15,266 bases of DNA from Rhodothermales bacterium (GTDB taxonomy: Bacteria > Bacteroidota > Rhodothermia > Rhodothermales > VXPQ01), in the NCBI GenBank assembly GCA_040904565.1, contig JBBDTI010000016.1, forward strand, positions 73,883 through 89,148, in the 5' to 3' direction. The notes beneath the pieces are model-generated. The model had not been told where the DNA came from. It saw only the letters and a list, made by a program, of their open reading frames with translations, and searched no databases. This document shows positions 1 to 7,226 of this stretch, piece by piece. The translations under genes and the position numbers were made by a program. Numbering within the stretch: the first letter of the stretch is position 1; every line of letters starts with the position of its first letter.

Positions 1-1056
1 CAAGCCGACACGCTATCGCGTCAGGCCATTAAAACGTGGCCGAAGGCAGAGCTGCACTGCCACCTGGACGGCTCCCTCCGTCTCGATACGATGCTGGATT
101 TCGCGCGAGGTCAGGGGCGGTCGGCCCTCCTTCCGTCGACCGACCGTGAGGAACTTCTCAACATCCTCCTGCAGATCGACGCGTCGGAAAATCTGGAGGC
201 GTATCTGTCCTGGTTTCAGTATACGCTTCCACTGATGCAGACGCGAGCGGCACTGGCTCGCTCGGCGTACGAACTCGCCGCAGACTGCGCTGAAGAAAAC
301 GTCCGCTACCTGGAGGTCCGCTTCAGCCCGATCCTGCATACCGAAGACGGCCTGTCGCTGGAAGACGTGACCGATGCCGTGCTGGAAGGGCTCGCTCGCG
401 CCGAACGCGATTCCGGCATACGTACCAACCTGATTATCTGCGGACTGCGAAGCCGGCTGGAGAGTACGTCGCTGCGCCTCGCCGAGCTGGCCGTAGCCTA
501 CCGCAACCGGGGCGTCGTCGCCTTCGACCTGGCCGGCGGTGAAGCCGGCCACCCGCCCAAGCAGCATCTGAGCGCCTTCTACGTCGCGCGCAACCAGCTG
601 CTCGGCCTCACCGTCCACGCCGGCGAATCCTGGGGCCCGGACTCGATCAAACAGGCCGTGTTCTTCTGCGGCGCGCACCGTATCGGTCACGGAACCACGC
701 TGTATCGCGACACCGAACTCATGCGGTATTTCGCCGACCACCGCATCCCTCTGGAAATCTGCCCGACGAGCAACGTACAGACCCACGTCGTAGAACGTCT
801 GGAAGAACATCCGCTCCGGCAGTACGTCGAGGTAGGCGTACCGGTCACGATCAACACGGACAACCGATTGTTCAGCCGCACGACCCTCACGAAGGAGCTC
901 TACCGAACCCACACGGAGGCGGGAGTTTCCAGCGAGGACCTCCGGGAGATCGTCCTGAACGGCTTCCGGTACGCCTTCCTCCCGTGGGACGAAAAACGAG
1001 AGCTTCTCCGTTCCGTAACGTCGGTGCCGCCGGCCGGCCCGGCGCGGGAGGCATAG
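1..1056 (+). CDS. add: Adenosine deaminase (amidohydrolase superfamily), 5'-truncated by the window edge
   Basis: Frame +1 is open from base 1 and reads QADTLSRQAIKTWPKAELHCHLDGSLR. The HxH metal motif therefore lies upstream of the listed ATG at 91, so the real start is outside the window. Other motifs: YLEVRFSP, FDLAGGE, TVHAGE, RIGHG, LEICPTSN, INTDN. Stop TAG 1054-1056. Confidence 0.93.
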   Translation, partial: QADTLSRQAIKTWPKAELHCHLDGSLRLDTMLDFARGQGRSALLPSTDREELLNILLQIDASENLEAYLSWFQYTLPLMQTRAALARSAYELAADCAEENVRYLEVRFSPILHTEDGLSLEDVTDAVLEGLARAERDSGIRTNLIICGLRSRLESTSLRLAELAVAYRNRGVVAFDLAGGEAGHPPKQHLSAFYVARNQLLGLTVHAGESWGPDSIKQAVFFCGAHRIGHGTTLYRDTELMRYFADHRIPLEICPTSNVQTHVVERLEEHPLRQYVEVGVPVTINTDNRLFSRTTLTKELYRTHTEAGVSSEDLREIVLNGFRYAFLPWDEKRELLRSVTSVPPAGPAREA

Positions 1057-1066
1057 TTCGATTTCT

Positions 1067-1074
1067 TACCTTTG
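1067..1074 (+). promoter_or_regulatory. Possible Bacteroidota-type -7 promoter element (TAnnTTTG) upstream of aroA
   Basis: TACCTTTG sits in an AT-rich patch just after the add stop, about 75 nt before the proposed aroA start. No -33 TTTG element was found. Confidence 0.3.
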
Positions 1075-1148
1075 TATGGCTGCGCGGCTTCGTCCTAAAG
1101 CGGCGCCGTCACCCAATCGTTCCTCACTCAACATTTTCACCAGCCACC

Positions 1149-2453
1149 TTGCGTGTTTCATTCGATACATCGGCAGACCGTGCCCGCATACGGCGAACCA
1201 ATGGGGTAGCCGGGTCGGTGGATCTTCCGCCCGACAAGTCCATCGCACACCGCTCGGCGCTGTTCGCAGCCATGGGCGAGGGCACGTCCACCGTGATGAA
1301 CTACCCGGCGTCGGCCGACCCGCAGTCGACGCTTTCGTGCCTCCGCCGGCTGGGGATCGAGATCGCGGAAGAGGACGACGCGCTGGTCGTTCACGGGCGC
1401 GGACTCGGTGGATTCCGTGCGCCGGATGAACCCATCGATTGCGGCAATTCGGGCACGACCATGCGGCTGCTCGCCGGCATGCTGGCCGGCCGTCCGTTCG
1501 ACAGCGAGCTCGTTGGCGACGAATTTCTTAGCGGCCGGCCGATGGAGCGCATCGCGCTCCCGCTTCGGGAGATGGGTGCCCGCATCCACCTCACCTCCGG
1601 ACACGCACCGATTCGCATCGAGGGCGGCTCCGAGCTGCACGGCATCACCTACCGCCTGCCGATACCGTCCGCCCAGGTGAAGTCCTGCGTCCTGCTCGCC
1701 GGGCTCTTCGCGGAAGGACGTACGACGGTCATCGAGGAACTACCCTCACGCGACCACACCGAGCGCATGCTCGGCCTCGCGGTCATCGAAAAAAATGGGG
1801 AACGACACATCCTGGCCGAGAAGGACATCGCGATCGAGCCCCGAACGTGGACGGTGCCGCGCGATTTCTCGGCGGCGGCGTTCTTCCTCGTGGCCGGCGC
1901 GGCCGCCCCGGAAGGCGAGCTGCACCTGCCTCGCGTCGGACTGAACCCGACCCGGAACGCCCTCCTGCACGTGCTGCAGGCCATGGGCGCTCGCATCGAG
2001 GTTTCGAACGAGACGAATCGCGGCGGCGAGCCGATAGGCGACCTGACCGTTCGCGCATCGGACTTGCAGGGGGTCCGCGTCGACGGAGAACTCATCCCCG
2101 TGCTGATCGATGAAGTGCCCATTCTGGCCGTCGCCGGCGCGCTTGCGGAGGGCCGCACCGAAATCCGCGATGCGAAAGAGCTCCGCGTCAAAGAGACCGA
2201 CCGCATTCGCGCCATGGTAGACAACCTGCGACGCATGGGCGCTTCGGTGGAGGAATTCGAGGACGGATTGGCCGTCGAGGGCCCGGCCGCTCTCAAGGGT
2301 GCCGTGGTGGACAGCTTCCACGACCACCGCATCGCCATGGCCATGGGCGTCGCCGGACTGATGGCCGACGGGGAGACGGTCGTCGAGCACGCGTCGTGCG
2401 CGGCGGTGTCGTTTCCCGACTTCTGGAGGACGCTGGACGACGTCGCGCTTTAG
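1149..2453 (+). CDS. aroA: 3-phosphoshikimate 1-carboxyvinyltransferase (EPSP synthase), class II-like
   Basis: Motifs DKSIAHR, GNSGTTMRL, RPMERI, SAQVKS, RDHTERML, NPTR, LIDEVP, ELRVKETDRI, DHRIAM. The listed ORF start at 984 overlaps add. The in-frame TTG at 1149 gives 434 aa, a typical AroA length; the start is uncertain. Confidence 0.95.
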   Translation: MRVSFDTSADRARIRRTNGVAGSVDLPPDKSIAHRSALFAAMGEGTSTVMNYPASADPQSTLSCLRRLGIEIAEEDDALVVHGRGLGGFRAPDEPIDCGNSGTTMRLLAGMLAGRPFDSELVGDEFLSGRPMERIALPLREMGARIHLTSGHAPIRIEGGSELHGITYRLPIPSAQVKSCVLLAGLFAEGRTTVIEELPSRDHTERMLGLAVIEKNGERHILAEKDIAIEPRTWTVPRDFSAAAFFLVAGAAAPEGELHLPRVGLNPTRNALLHVLQAMGARIEVSNETNRGGEPIGDLTVRASDLQGVRVDGELIPVLIDEVPILAVAGALAEGRTEIRDAKELRVKETDRIRAMVDNLRRMGASVEEFEDGLAVEGPAALKGAVVDSFHDHRIAMAMGVAGLMADGETVVEHASCAAVSFPDFWRTLDDVAL

Positions 2454-2454
2454 A

Positions 2455-2489
2455 TGCGGCCGCGTGAAATTCCTCGCCGCACGGCTGCA
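2455..2489. terminator. GC-rich hairpin between convergent aroA and MGMT-family genes (possible terminator or stability element)
   Basis: TGCGGCCG (2455-2462) pairs with CGGCTGCA (2482-2489) with one G-U and fills the 37-nt gap. There is no U-tract on either side. Confidence 0.25.
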
Positions 2490-2490
2490 A

Positions 2491-2817
2491 TCACTCCGCC
2501 CCGGAAGGATCCCATAGATGCTCTTCCAGCACCACGCATCCATCGTCGTCGAACGTGACACCCTCCGATCGAAGGCGTTCTTCCATGACGTGCGGCCCCT
2601 CGAAGTGGCGCTTTCCCGACAACCCTCCGTACCGATTTACGACACGATGACACGGCAGCTCCGTCCCGGCCGCCGAGTTCAGGGCCCATCCCACCGTTCG
2701 GGCGGCGCTCCGCACGCCCAGATGGCCGGCGATATGCCCGTAGGTGGTTACCTTGCCGTACGGAATGCGGCCGACCACAGCCCACACCCGTTCAAAGAAA
2801 TCCTCGGATTGTGCCAT
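2491..2817 (-). CDS. MGMT-family (O6-alkylguanine DNA alkyltransferase / ATL-like) single-domain protein
   Basis: IPYGKVTTYGHIA helix-turn-helix, AARTVGWAL arginine-finger region, PCHRVVN active-site motif and LRSEGV tail. ATG 2817 (108 aa) is preferred over 2874 because homology begins at FFERVWAVV. Confidence 0.9.
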   Translation of the reverse strand: MAQSEDFFERVWAVVGRIPYGKVTTYGHIAGHLGVRSAARTVGWALNSAAGTELPCHRVVNRYGGLSGKRHFEGPHVMEERLRSEGVTFDDDGCVVLEEHLWDPSGAE

Positions 2818-2915
2818 AGGCTGATGCTCACCGTTGCTCTTCCGGATGCGCTCCGTCGACCGGTGCGGCAACATGAACGCCCACGCCGCCGTTAGGAGGC
2901 CGAATCAGTACTGGG

Positions 2916-3965
2916 ATGCTTGCAATGAATATAGAGAATCGGCTGCCGGATTCGACGATGGCGGCGCTGGAAGACGCGCTGGGTGCGGATCGCCTTCAGC
3001 GCCAGATCGACCTGGCCTCGCTGACGACCTTTCGGATCGGTGGGCCCGCGGATCTGTTTTTCGAGGCGCGCACGTGCGACGAACTGGCGCGAGCTATTCT
3101 CGTGGCGCGAGCGCACGACGTGCCGTACTTCCTTCTCGGACGCGGCGCCAACATTCTCGTGGGTGACCTCGGCGTGCGCGGGCTGGTCGTCCACAGCGCG
3201 GCGGACGAAATCTCCATCGATCCCGATACCGGGCTCGTCCGCGCCGAGGCCGGCGCCATCGTGTATCCGGACCTCATCGAGGCTACGGTCTCGGCCGGAC
3301 TCTCAGGACTCGAGCATTATGTCGGCATTCCGTCGACCGTCGGCGGGGCGCTGTGGCAGAACCTGCACTTTCTCTCCCCACCTCCTGAGCGCGCGCGAAC
3401 CATGTTTATCGAAGAGGTGCTCCACGAAGCGGAGATCCTTACGGAAGAAGGGGAACGCCGGACCGTCGGAGCCGAGTACTTCAACTTCGGTTACGATTAT
3501 TCCATCCTGCACGACCGGGACGACGTGGTGCTCTCCGCGTCCTTCCAGCTGCGTACGGCTCCTGAGGAACGCCTGCGCGAGATCATGGCCGCCAATCTGA
3601 AATGGCGAAAGGAGCGGCACCCCCCGCTCGATACGGAGCCGAGCGCCGGCTCGATCTTCAAGAAGATCGAGGGCGTCGGGGCCGGACGACTGATCGATGA
3701 AGCCGGCCTCAAGGGTATGCGCATCGGAGGCGCCGAGATCACGCACCGCCATGCCAATATCATGATCAACCGGGGCGGCGCGAAGGCGTCGGATGTCACG
3801 GCGCTGATCGCGTACGTGCAGGACGTGATCGAGCGGGAGACGGGCTTCGTGCTCGAGCCGGAAATCGCCTTTATCGGAGAATTCGACGACCCCACCGGGG
3901 CCGCGCCGCAGCGGATGCCGGACGACCGTACATCCACGATCACCTACCCGCGCCGCCCGTCATGA
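2916..3965 (+). CDS. murB: UDP-N-acetylenolpyruvoylglucosamine reductase (divergent MurB)
   Basis: Motifs TTFRIGGPAD, LGRGANILV (FAD binding), GLEHYVGIPSTVGGA, PSAGSIFK (catalytic Ser), HANIMINRGGA and LEPEI (catalytic Glu). The start could be 2916, 2925 or 2958. Confidence 0.88.
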   Translation: MLAMNIENRLPDSTMAALEDALGADRLQRQIDLASLTTFRIGGPADLFFEARTCDELARAILVARAHDVPYFLLGRGANILVGDLGVRGLVVHSAADEISIDPDTGLVRAEAGAIVYPDLIEATVSAGLSGLEHYVGIPSTVGGALWQNLHFLSPPPERARTMFIEEVLHEAEILTEEGERRTVGAEYFNFGYDYSILHDRDDVVLSASFQLRTAPEERLREIMAANLKWRKERHPPLDTEPSAGSIFKKIEGVGAGRLIDEAGLKGMRIGGAEITHRHANIMINRGGAKASDVTALIAYVQDVIERETGFVLEPEIAFIGEFDDPTGAAPQRMPDDRTSTITYPRRPS

Positions 3966-4633
3966 ACTGGCTCCATGGAACGTGGGCCGTCTTCATGAAA
4001 GACGTACGCCTCGAGCTTCGAAGCCGGTACGCCGTCAACATGTTGTTGATGTTCGTGCTGGCGTCCATCCTGCTGCTCCTGTTCGCGGTAGGCCAGGAAT
4101 CGATCGGCCCCCGAATCCACGCAGGTCTGCTGTGGATCGTGATTCTATTCGCGGCGTCGGTCGGACTCGACCGGTCGTTCGTCAGCGAGGAAGAGCGGGG
4201 AACCGTGCTCCTCCTCCAGCTCAATACGCGTCCAAGCATGGTCTTTGCGGGTAAGCTGTTTTTCAACTTCCTCCTTCTACTGGTCCTCACCACGGTCGCC
4301 GTACTGGCGATGATCCTGCTGCTGAGTATCCGCGTCACCTACCCTGGGCTGCTGGCGCTTACGCTCCTGTTGGGGGCGATCGGACTCGCAGGGGCTACGA
4401 CGCTGCTCGCAGCGCTCATCGCCCGGGCCGCCACGCACGGGCCCCTGCTTCCCGTGCTGCTCTTCCCCGTACTCGTGCCCCTGTTGATGTCCGTCGTCAC
4501 GGCCTCCCGCCACGCGCTCGAAGGCGGATTGGGATGGAGCGCCGTCGGGGACGAGCTCGCCACGCTCGTCGGTTTCGGCGGCGTCGTCGTGACCGCGTCG
4601 GTTCTTCTTTTCGACTTCGTTTGGAACGATTGA
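3962..4633 (+). CDS. ccmB: Heme exporter membrane subunit CcmB
   Basis: 223 aa with about 6 hydrophobic segments and CcmB-like motifs KDVRLELRS, GLLWIVILFAA, RSFVSEEERGT, LLPVLLFPVLVPLL. Lies upstream of ccmC/D/E. Its start overlaps the murB stop (ATGA). Confidence 0.9.
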   Translation: MNWLHGTWAVFMKDVRLELRSRYAVNMLLMFVLASILLLLFAVGQESIGPRIHAGLLWIVILFAASVGLDRSFVSEEERGTVLLLQLNTRPSMVFAGKLFFNFLLLLVLTTVAVLAMILLLSIRVTYPGLLALTLLLGAIGLAGATTLLAALIARAATHGPLLPVLLFPVLVPLLMSVVTASRHALEGGLGWSAVGDELATLVGFGGVVVTASVLLFDFVWND

Positions 4634-4657
4634 CACCTTTCGTACTTTTCTTAGCGT
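4630..4657 (+). promoter_or_regulatory. Putative sigma70-like internal promoter for ccmCDE
   Basis: TTGACA (4630-4635, overlapping the ccmB stop), a 16-nt AT-rich spacer, then TAGCGT (4652-4657). An alternative -10, TACTTT, lies at 4643-4648. Confidence 0.35.
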
Positions 4658-4663
4658 CCGGCC

Positions 4664-4753
4664 GGCCATACCGGACAGATTGCACCCAGAAGGCCATGCC
4701 AACCAGCCTTGGCGGCGAGGCCATACCTAGGGCAACGGCGCGCAGGGCACGCC
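4664..4753 (+). repeat. Periodic 9-bp direct repeat GGCCATRCC
   Basis: GGCCATACC at 4664, GGCCATGCC at 4692, GGCCATACC at 4719 and a degenerate GGGCACGCC at 4745. Start-to-start spacings are 28, 27 and 26 nt. Confidence 0.45.
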
Positions 4754-4813
4754 GCAGAAGCCGGACCGCGCAGTACACGCCACGTATCACCCCGCACGTT
4801 ACCCATCACACGG

Positions 4814-5554
4814 ATGCGCACCTCACCTACCGGGAGTTCAGGTAACGGCATCTCAGACGCCGGCGCGCCGCGTTCCGCCTATCGCAGCATTCGCAACGCC
4901 GTCGCGGTGTGGCTGACGGCCGTCATTCTGGCGGCCTTTCTGCTGGACATCCCGAAGATCAACATCCTCGAGCACACGGCGCGTAACCTGTATTTTCACG
5001 TGCCGATGTGGTTCACGATGATGGCGGCTTTTTTCGTCTCGGCCTACCATTCACTCCGATACCTCCAGTCTCGTGACCGGATCCGGGACGTTCGGGCACT
5101 CCAGGCGGCGCGCGTGGGCGCGGTGTTCGGCGTGCTGGGACTCGTTACCGGGGTCGTGTGGGCGCGCTTCACGTGGTACGTCGGACAGAATATCTGGTGG
5201 AACTTCGATCCGAAGCAGACCATGGCCGCCGTGCAGCTGCTGATCTACGGTGCCTATTTCACGCTGCGCTCCAGCATCGACGAGCCCGACAAGCGCGCCC
5301 GCATCGCGGCGGTATACAACCTGTTTGCTGCAGCGACCGTACCGTTCCTGCTGTACGTGTTACCCCGCCAGATGGAGAGCCTCCATCCCGGTGCGGAGGG
5401 AAACCCGGCCTTCAGTGAAATAACCGATCCCGTCATGCGGCTCGTCTTCTATCCGGCCGTGATCGGATTCATCGGGCTTTTCTGGATCCTTTACACGCAG
5501 CGCGTGCGCCTTGCCGTCCTCAATCACCGAGCAGACGACCCCCTCGAGGTATGA
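4814..5554 (+). CDS. ccmC: Cytochrome c biogenesis heme-handling protein CcmC (Trp-rich WWD family)
   Basis: RNLYFHVP (first His), Trp-rich WARFTWYVGQNIWWNFDPKQT, SLHP (second His) and about 6 TM segments. Located between ccmB and ccmD/E. ATG 4814 (246 aa) is preferred over TTG 4709. Confidence 0.9.
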   Translation: MRTSPTGSSGNGISDAGAPRSAYRSIRNAVAVWLTAVILAAFLLDIPKINILEHTARNLYFHVPMWFTMMAAFFVSAYHSLRYLQSRDRIRDVRALQAARVGAVFGVLGLVTGVVWARFTWYVGQNIWWNFDPKQTMAAVQLLIYGAYFTLRSSIDEPDKRARIAAVYNLFAAATVPFLLYVLPRQMESLHPGAEGNPAFSEITDPVMRLVFYPAVIGFIGLFWILYTQRVRLAVLNHRADDPLEV

Positions 5555-5820
5555 CCATTCATCCCCTACAGGAGGCCGATTCGACGGCCCAGTCGACGGC
5601 CTACGACACGTTGTGGACGGGTCAGGAAGAAGTGCCCGTACAGGAAAGCACGGGACTGGAGCGCGTCATGCTCGCGGAGGACAAGCTCTACGTCGTGCTG
5701 GCCGTCGTGTTGATCATCTGGATCGGGCTGGCACTGCTCGTATTCCGAACCGACCGCAGACTGGACCGCCTGGAACGTACGATGGACGAACGCATTGCAG
5801 AGAAAGATACCGGGGCATAA
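5551..5820 (+). CDS. ccmD: CcmD-family single-TM protein
   Basis: KLYVVLAVVLIIWIGLALLVFRTDRRLDRLE gives one TM helix followed by a charged amphipathic tail. ATGA overlap with the ccmC stop; positioned between ccmC and ccmE. Confidence 0.75.
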   Translation: MTIHPLQEADSTAQSTAYDTLWTGQEEVPVQESTGLERVMLAEDKLYVVLAVVLIIWIGLALLVFRTDRRLDRLERTMDERIAEKDTGA

Positions 5821-5887
5821 AAGCCTGTTGAAGAACCCAACATCAACGGCCTCGCTCCACCCCATCCACTAACCACGTATTGCTGTC

Positions 5888-6286
5888 GTGAAGCCTAAAA
5901 CGATCATTGGATTGGTCCTTATGCTGGGATTCGGCGGACTCCTGTTCGTGAATTTCGGGAAGCAGGTGGGCGGTTACATGAATTTTGCACAGGCGGCGGA
6001 GACGGGCACGTCGGCCCACGTCGTCGGGGAATGGGTGGAAGATCGGCAGTTCCAATACGACCGCGACCGAAACGTCTTCAGCTTCTACATGAAGGACGAG
6101 GCGGGAAGTATCCGTCAGGTCAATTATCCGAATCCCAAACCCGCCAATTTCGAGGACGCCGAGCGTCTCGTGGTCAACGGACGCGCCGTAGGTGACGTCT
6201 TCGTGGCCGATCACATCCTGGTGAAATGCCCGTCGAAGTACAACGACGGCGCCGAATTCGAGTCCACCTCCACGAGCGGAAGGTAG
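5888..6286 (+). CDS. ccmE: Heme chaperone CcmE, CxxxY variant
   Basis: GTG start, N-terminal membrane anchor, beta-rich OB-fold-like body (FSFYMKD, KPANFEDAERLVVNG) and C-terminal ILVKCPSKY heme-attachment motif. Confidence 0.92.
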   Translation: MKPKTIIGLVLMLGFGGLLFVNFGKQVGGYMNFAQAAETGTSAHVVGEWVEDRQFQYDRDRNVFSFYMKDEAGSIRQVNYPNPKPANFEDAERLVVNGRAVGDVFVADHILVKCPSKYNDGAEFESTSTSGR

Positions 6287-6290
6287 GCAG

Positions 6291-6689
6291 TCACGCGCGT
6301 GCAAACGCCCTGACGCGGGGCCAGACGTAGGCGGCGAAGAGGGCTACCGACACCGCCTCCGTTACCCGTCCGACGAAGAGCACGCCGGTCGCACCGCCGA
6401 CGGCACCCCATCCGGCCAGCCAGAGGCCCACGTTCAGCGCTGCACAGGCTGCGAGAAGCGGTAGGTCGGACTGTCTCGAGGGGGCGCTGGGCAGGATCCA
6501 GGAGGCGACGCCGAATACGAGCTGCACCATCCACCCGAAAAACAAAAATTCAACGTGCAGCGGCCGGTACAGCCAGATACGGCTGCCGATGCCGAGTCCC
6601 TTGTCGACCAGCAGCAGCGTCCCCAGCGTAACCCCTGCGCAAAGGTAGACGAGAGCTCCTCTTACGATCCATACGCTTCGCTCGGGCAT
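6291..6689 (-). CDS. 4-TM membrane protein resembling a single heme-copper-oxidase repeat unit (paralog B)
   Basis: 132 aa with four hydrophobic segments and the motif HVEFLFFGWMVQLVFGVASWILP. Paralogous to the adjacent gene and starts 1 nt after its stop. Confidence 0.75.
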   Translation of the reverse strand: MPERSVWIVRGALVYLCAGVTLGTLLLVDKGLGIGSRIWLYRPLHVEFLFFGWMVQLVFGVASWILPSAPSRQSDLPLLAACAALNVGLWLAGWGAVGGATGVLFVGRVTEAVSVALFAAYVWPRVRAFARA

Positions 6690-6690
6690 A

Positions 6691-7161
6691 TCACTTCGTC
6701 CTTACCCTGGTCCAGATGTAGGCGGCGTAGCATACCGTCGCGATCCACTGCAGCAGCGCCGCGACGACCAGCGACCAGGCCCAGAAGCCCGACCCGCCCA
6801 CCGCACGAGCGGGCTCGGCCGCGGCCCGCAGGAGGAGTCCGCCGTTGAGCAACCCGAACGACAACCAGGCCCATTCCGACCTGCCGTACGGCTCCTCGCG
6901 TGAATGTCGGGGAAACAGCCAGTAGGCGACGCCGAAGATAAGCTGCGTGAGCCAGCCTACGACGAAGAGATGAACGAAGACGGCTCGGAGTGCCGCCGTG
7001 AGGCCGCCCGACGCCCGCACGGCGGCCACGCTGCCCTGTCCGTCTGCCGACCCGATCCAAACCGGAAGCCACGGCTCGGCGGCGAGCCATACGCCGAGAA
7101 GGAGCGCGGCGACCATATAGCCGAGGGCCGTCTTGATCCAGAGTCGTGCGAGAGCAGGCAT
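6691..7161 (-). CDS. 4-TM membrane protein resembling a single heme-copper-oxidase repeat unit (paralog A)
   Basis: 156 aa with four hydrophobic segments and the motifs FVHLFVVGWLTQLIFGVAYWLFPR, LNGGLLLR and AAYIWTRVR, mirrored in paralog B. Confidence 0.78.
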   Translation of the reverse strand: MPALARLWIKTALGYMVAALLLGVWLAAEPWLPVWIGSADGQGSVAAVRASGGLTAALRAVFVHLFVVGWLTQLIFGVAYWLFPRHSREEPYGRSEWAWLSFGLLNGGLLLRAAAEPARAVGGSGFWAWSLVVAALLQWIATVCYAAYIWTRVRTK

Positions 7162-7226
7162 GGTCAGCGTTCGCTTAAGCTAGCGTTGCTTGGGCCGGCG
7201 ATGAACAACCGCGGCGCGCGATTCAC

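Noticed and set aside
850-870. Adenosine deaminase NTDN instead of the more familiar DD motif
   Set aside because: NTDNRL-type motifs occur in other bacterial adenosine deaminases (e.g. actinobacterial ones), so this alone does not indicate inactivation or novelty.
13-912. 299-aa minus-strand ORF, and similar antisense or off-frame ORFs over aroA, murB, mgtE and metH
   Set aside because: They are fully overlapped by well-supported genes and are typical high-GC shadow ORFs.
984-1148. Long N-terminal extension of AroA in the ORF track
   Set aside because: It overlaps the end of add and an AT-rich promoter-like gap, so it is probably a longest-ORF artefact.
2894-2899. AGGAGG upstream of murB
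   Set aside because: It is 16 nt from the nearest ATG (2916), too far for a normal RBS, and other genes here lack SD sites.
4664-4753. CRISPR-like reading of the periodic repeat
   Set aside because: The repeats are only 9 bp with 17-19 nt spacers, and there are no cas genes.
5823-5850. Hairpin GCCTGTTGA / TCAACGGC between ccmD and ccmE
   Set aside because: The stem is bulged with an 11-nt loop and no U-tract, too weak to call a terminator.
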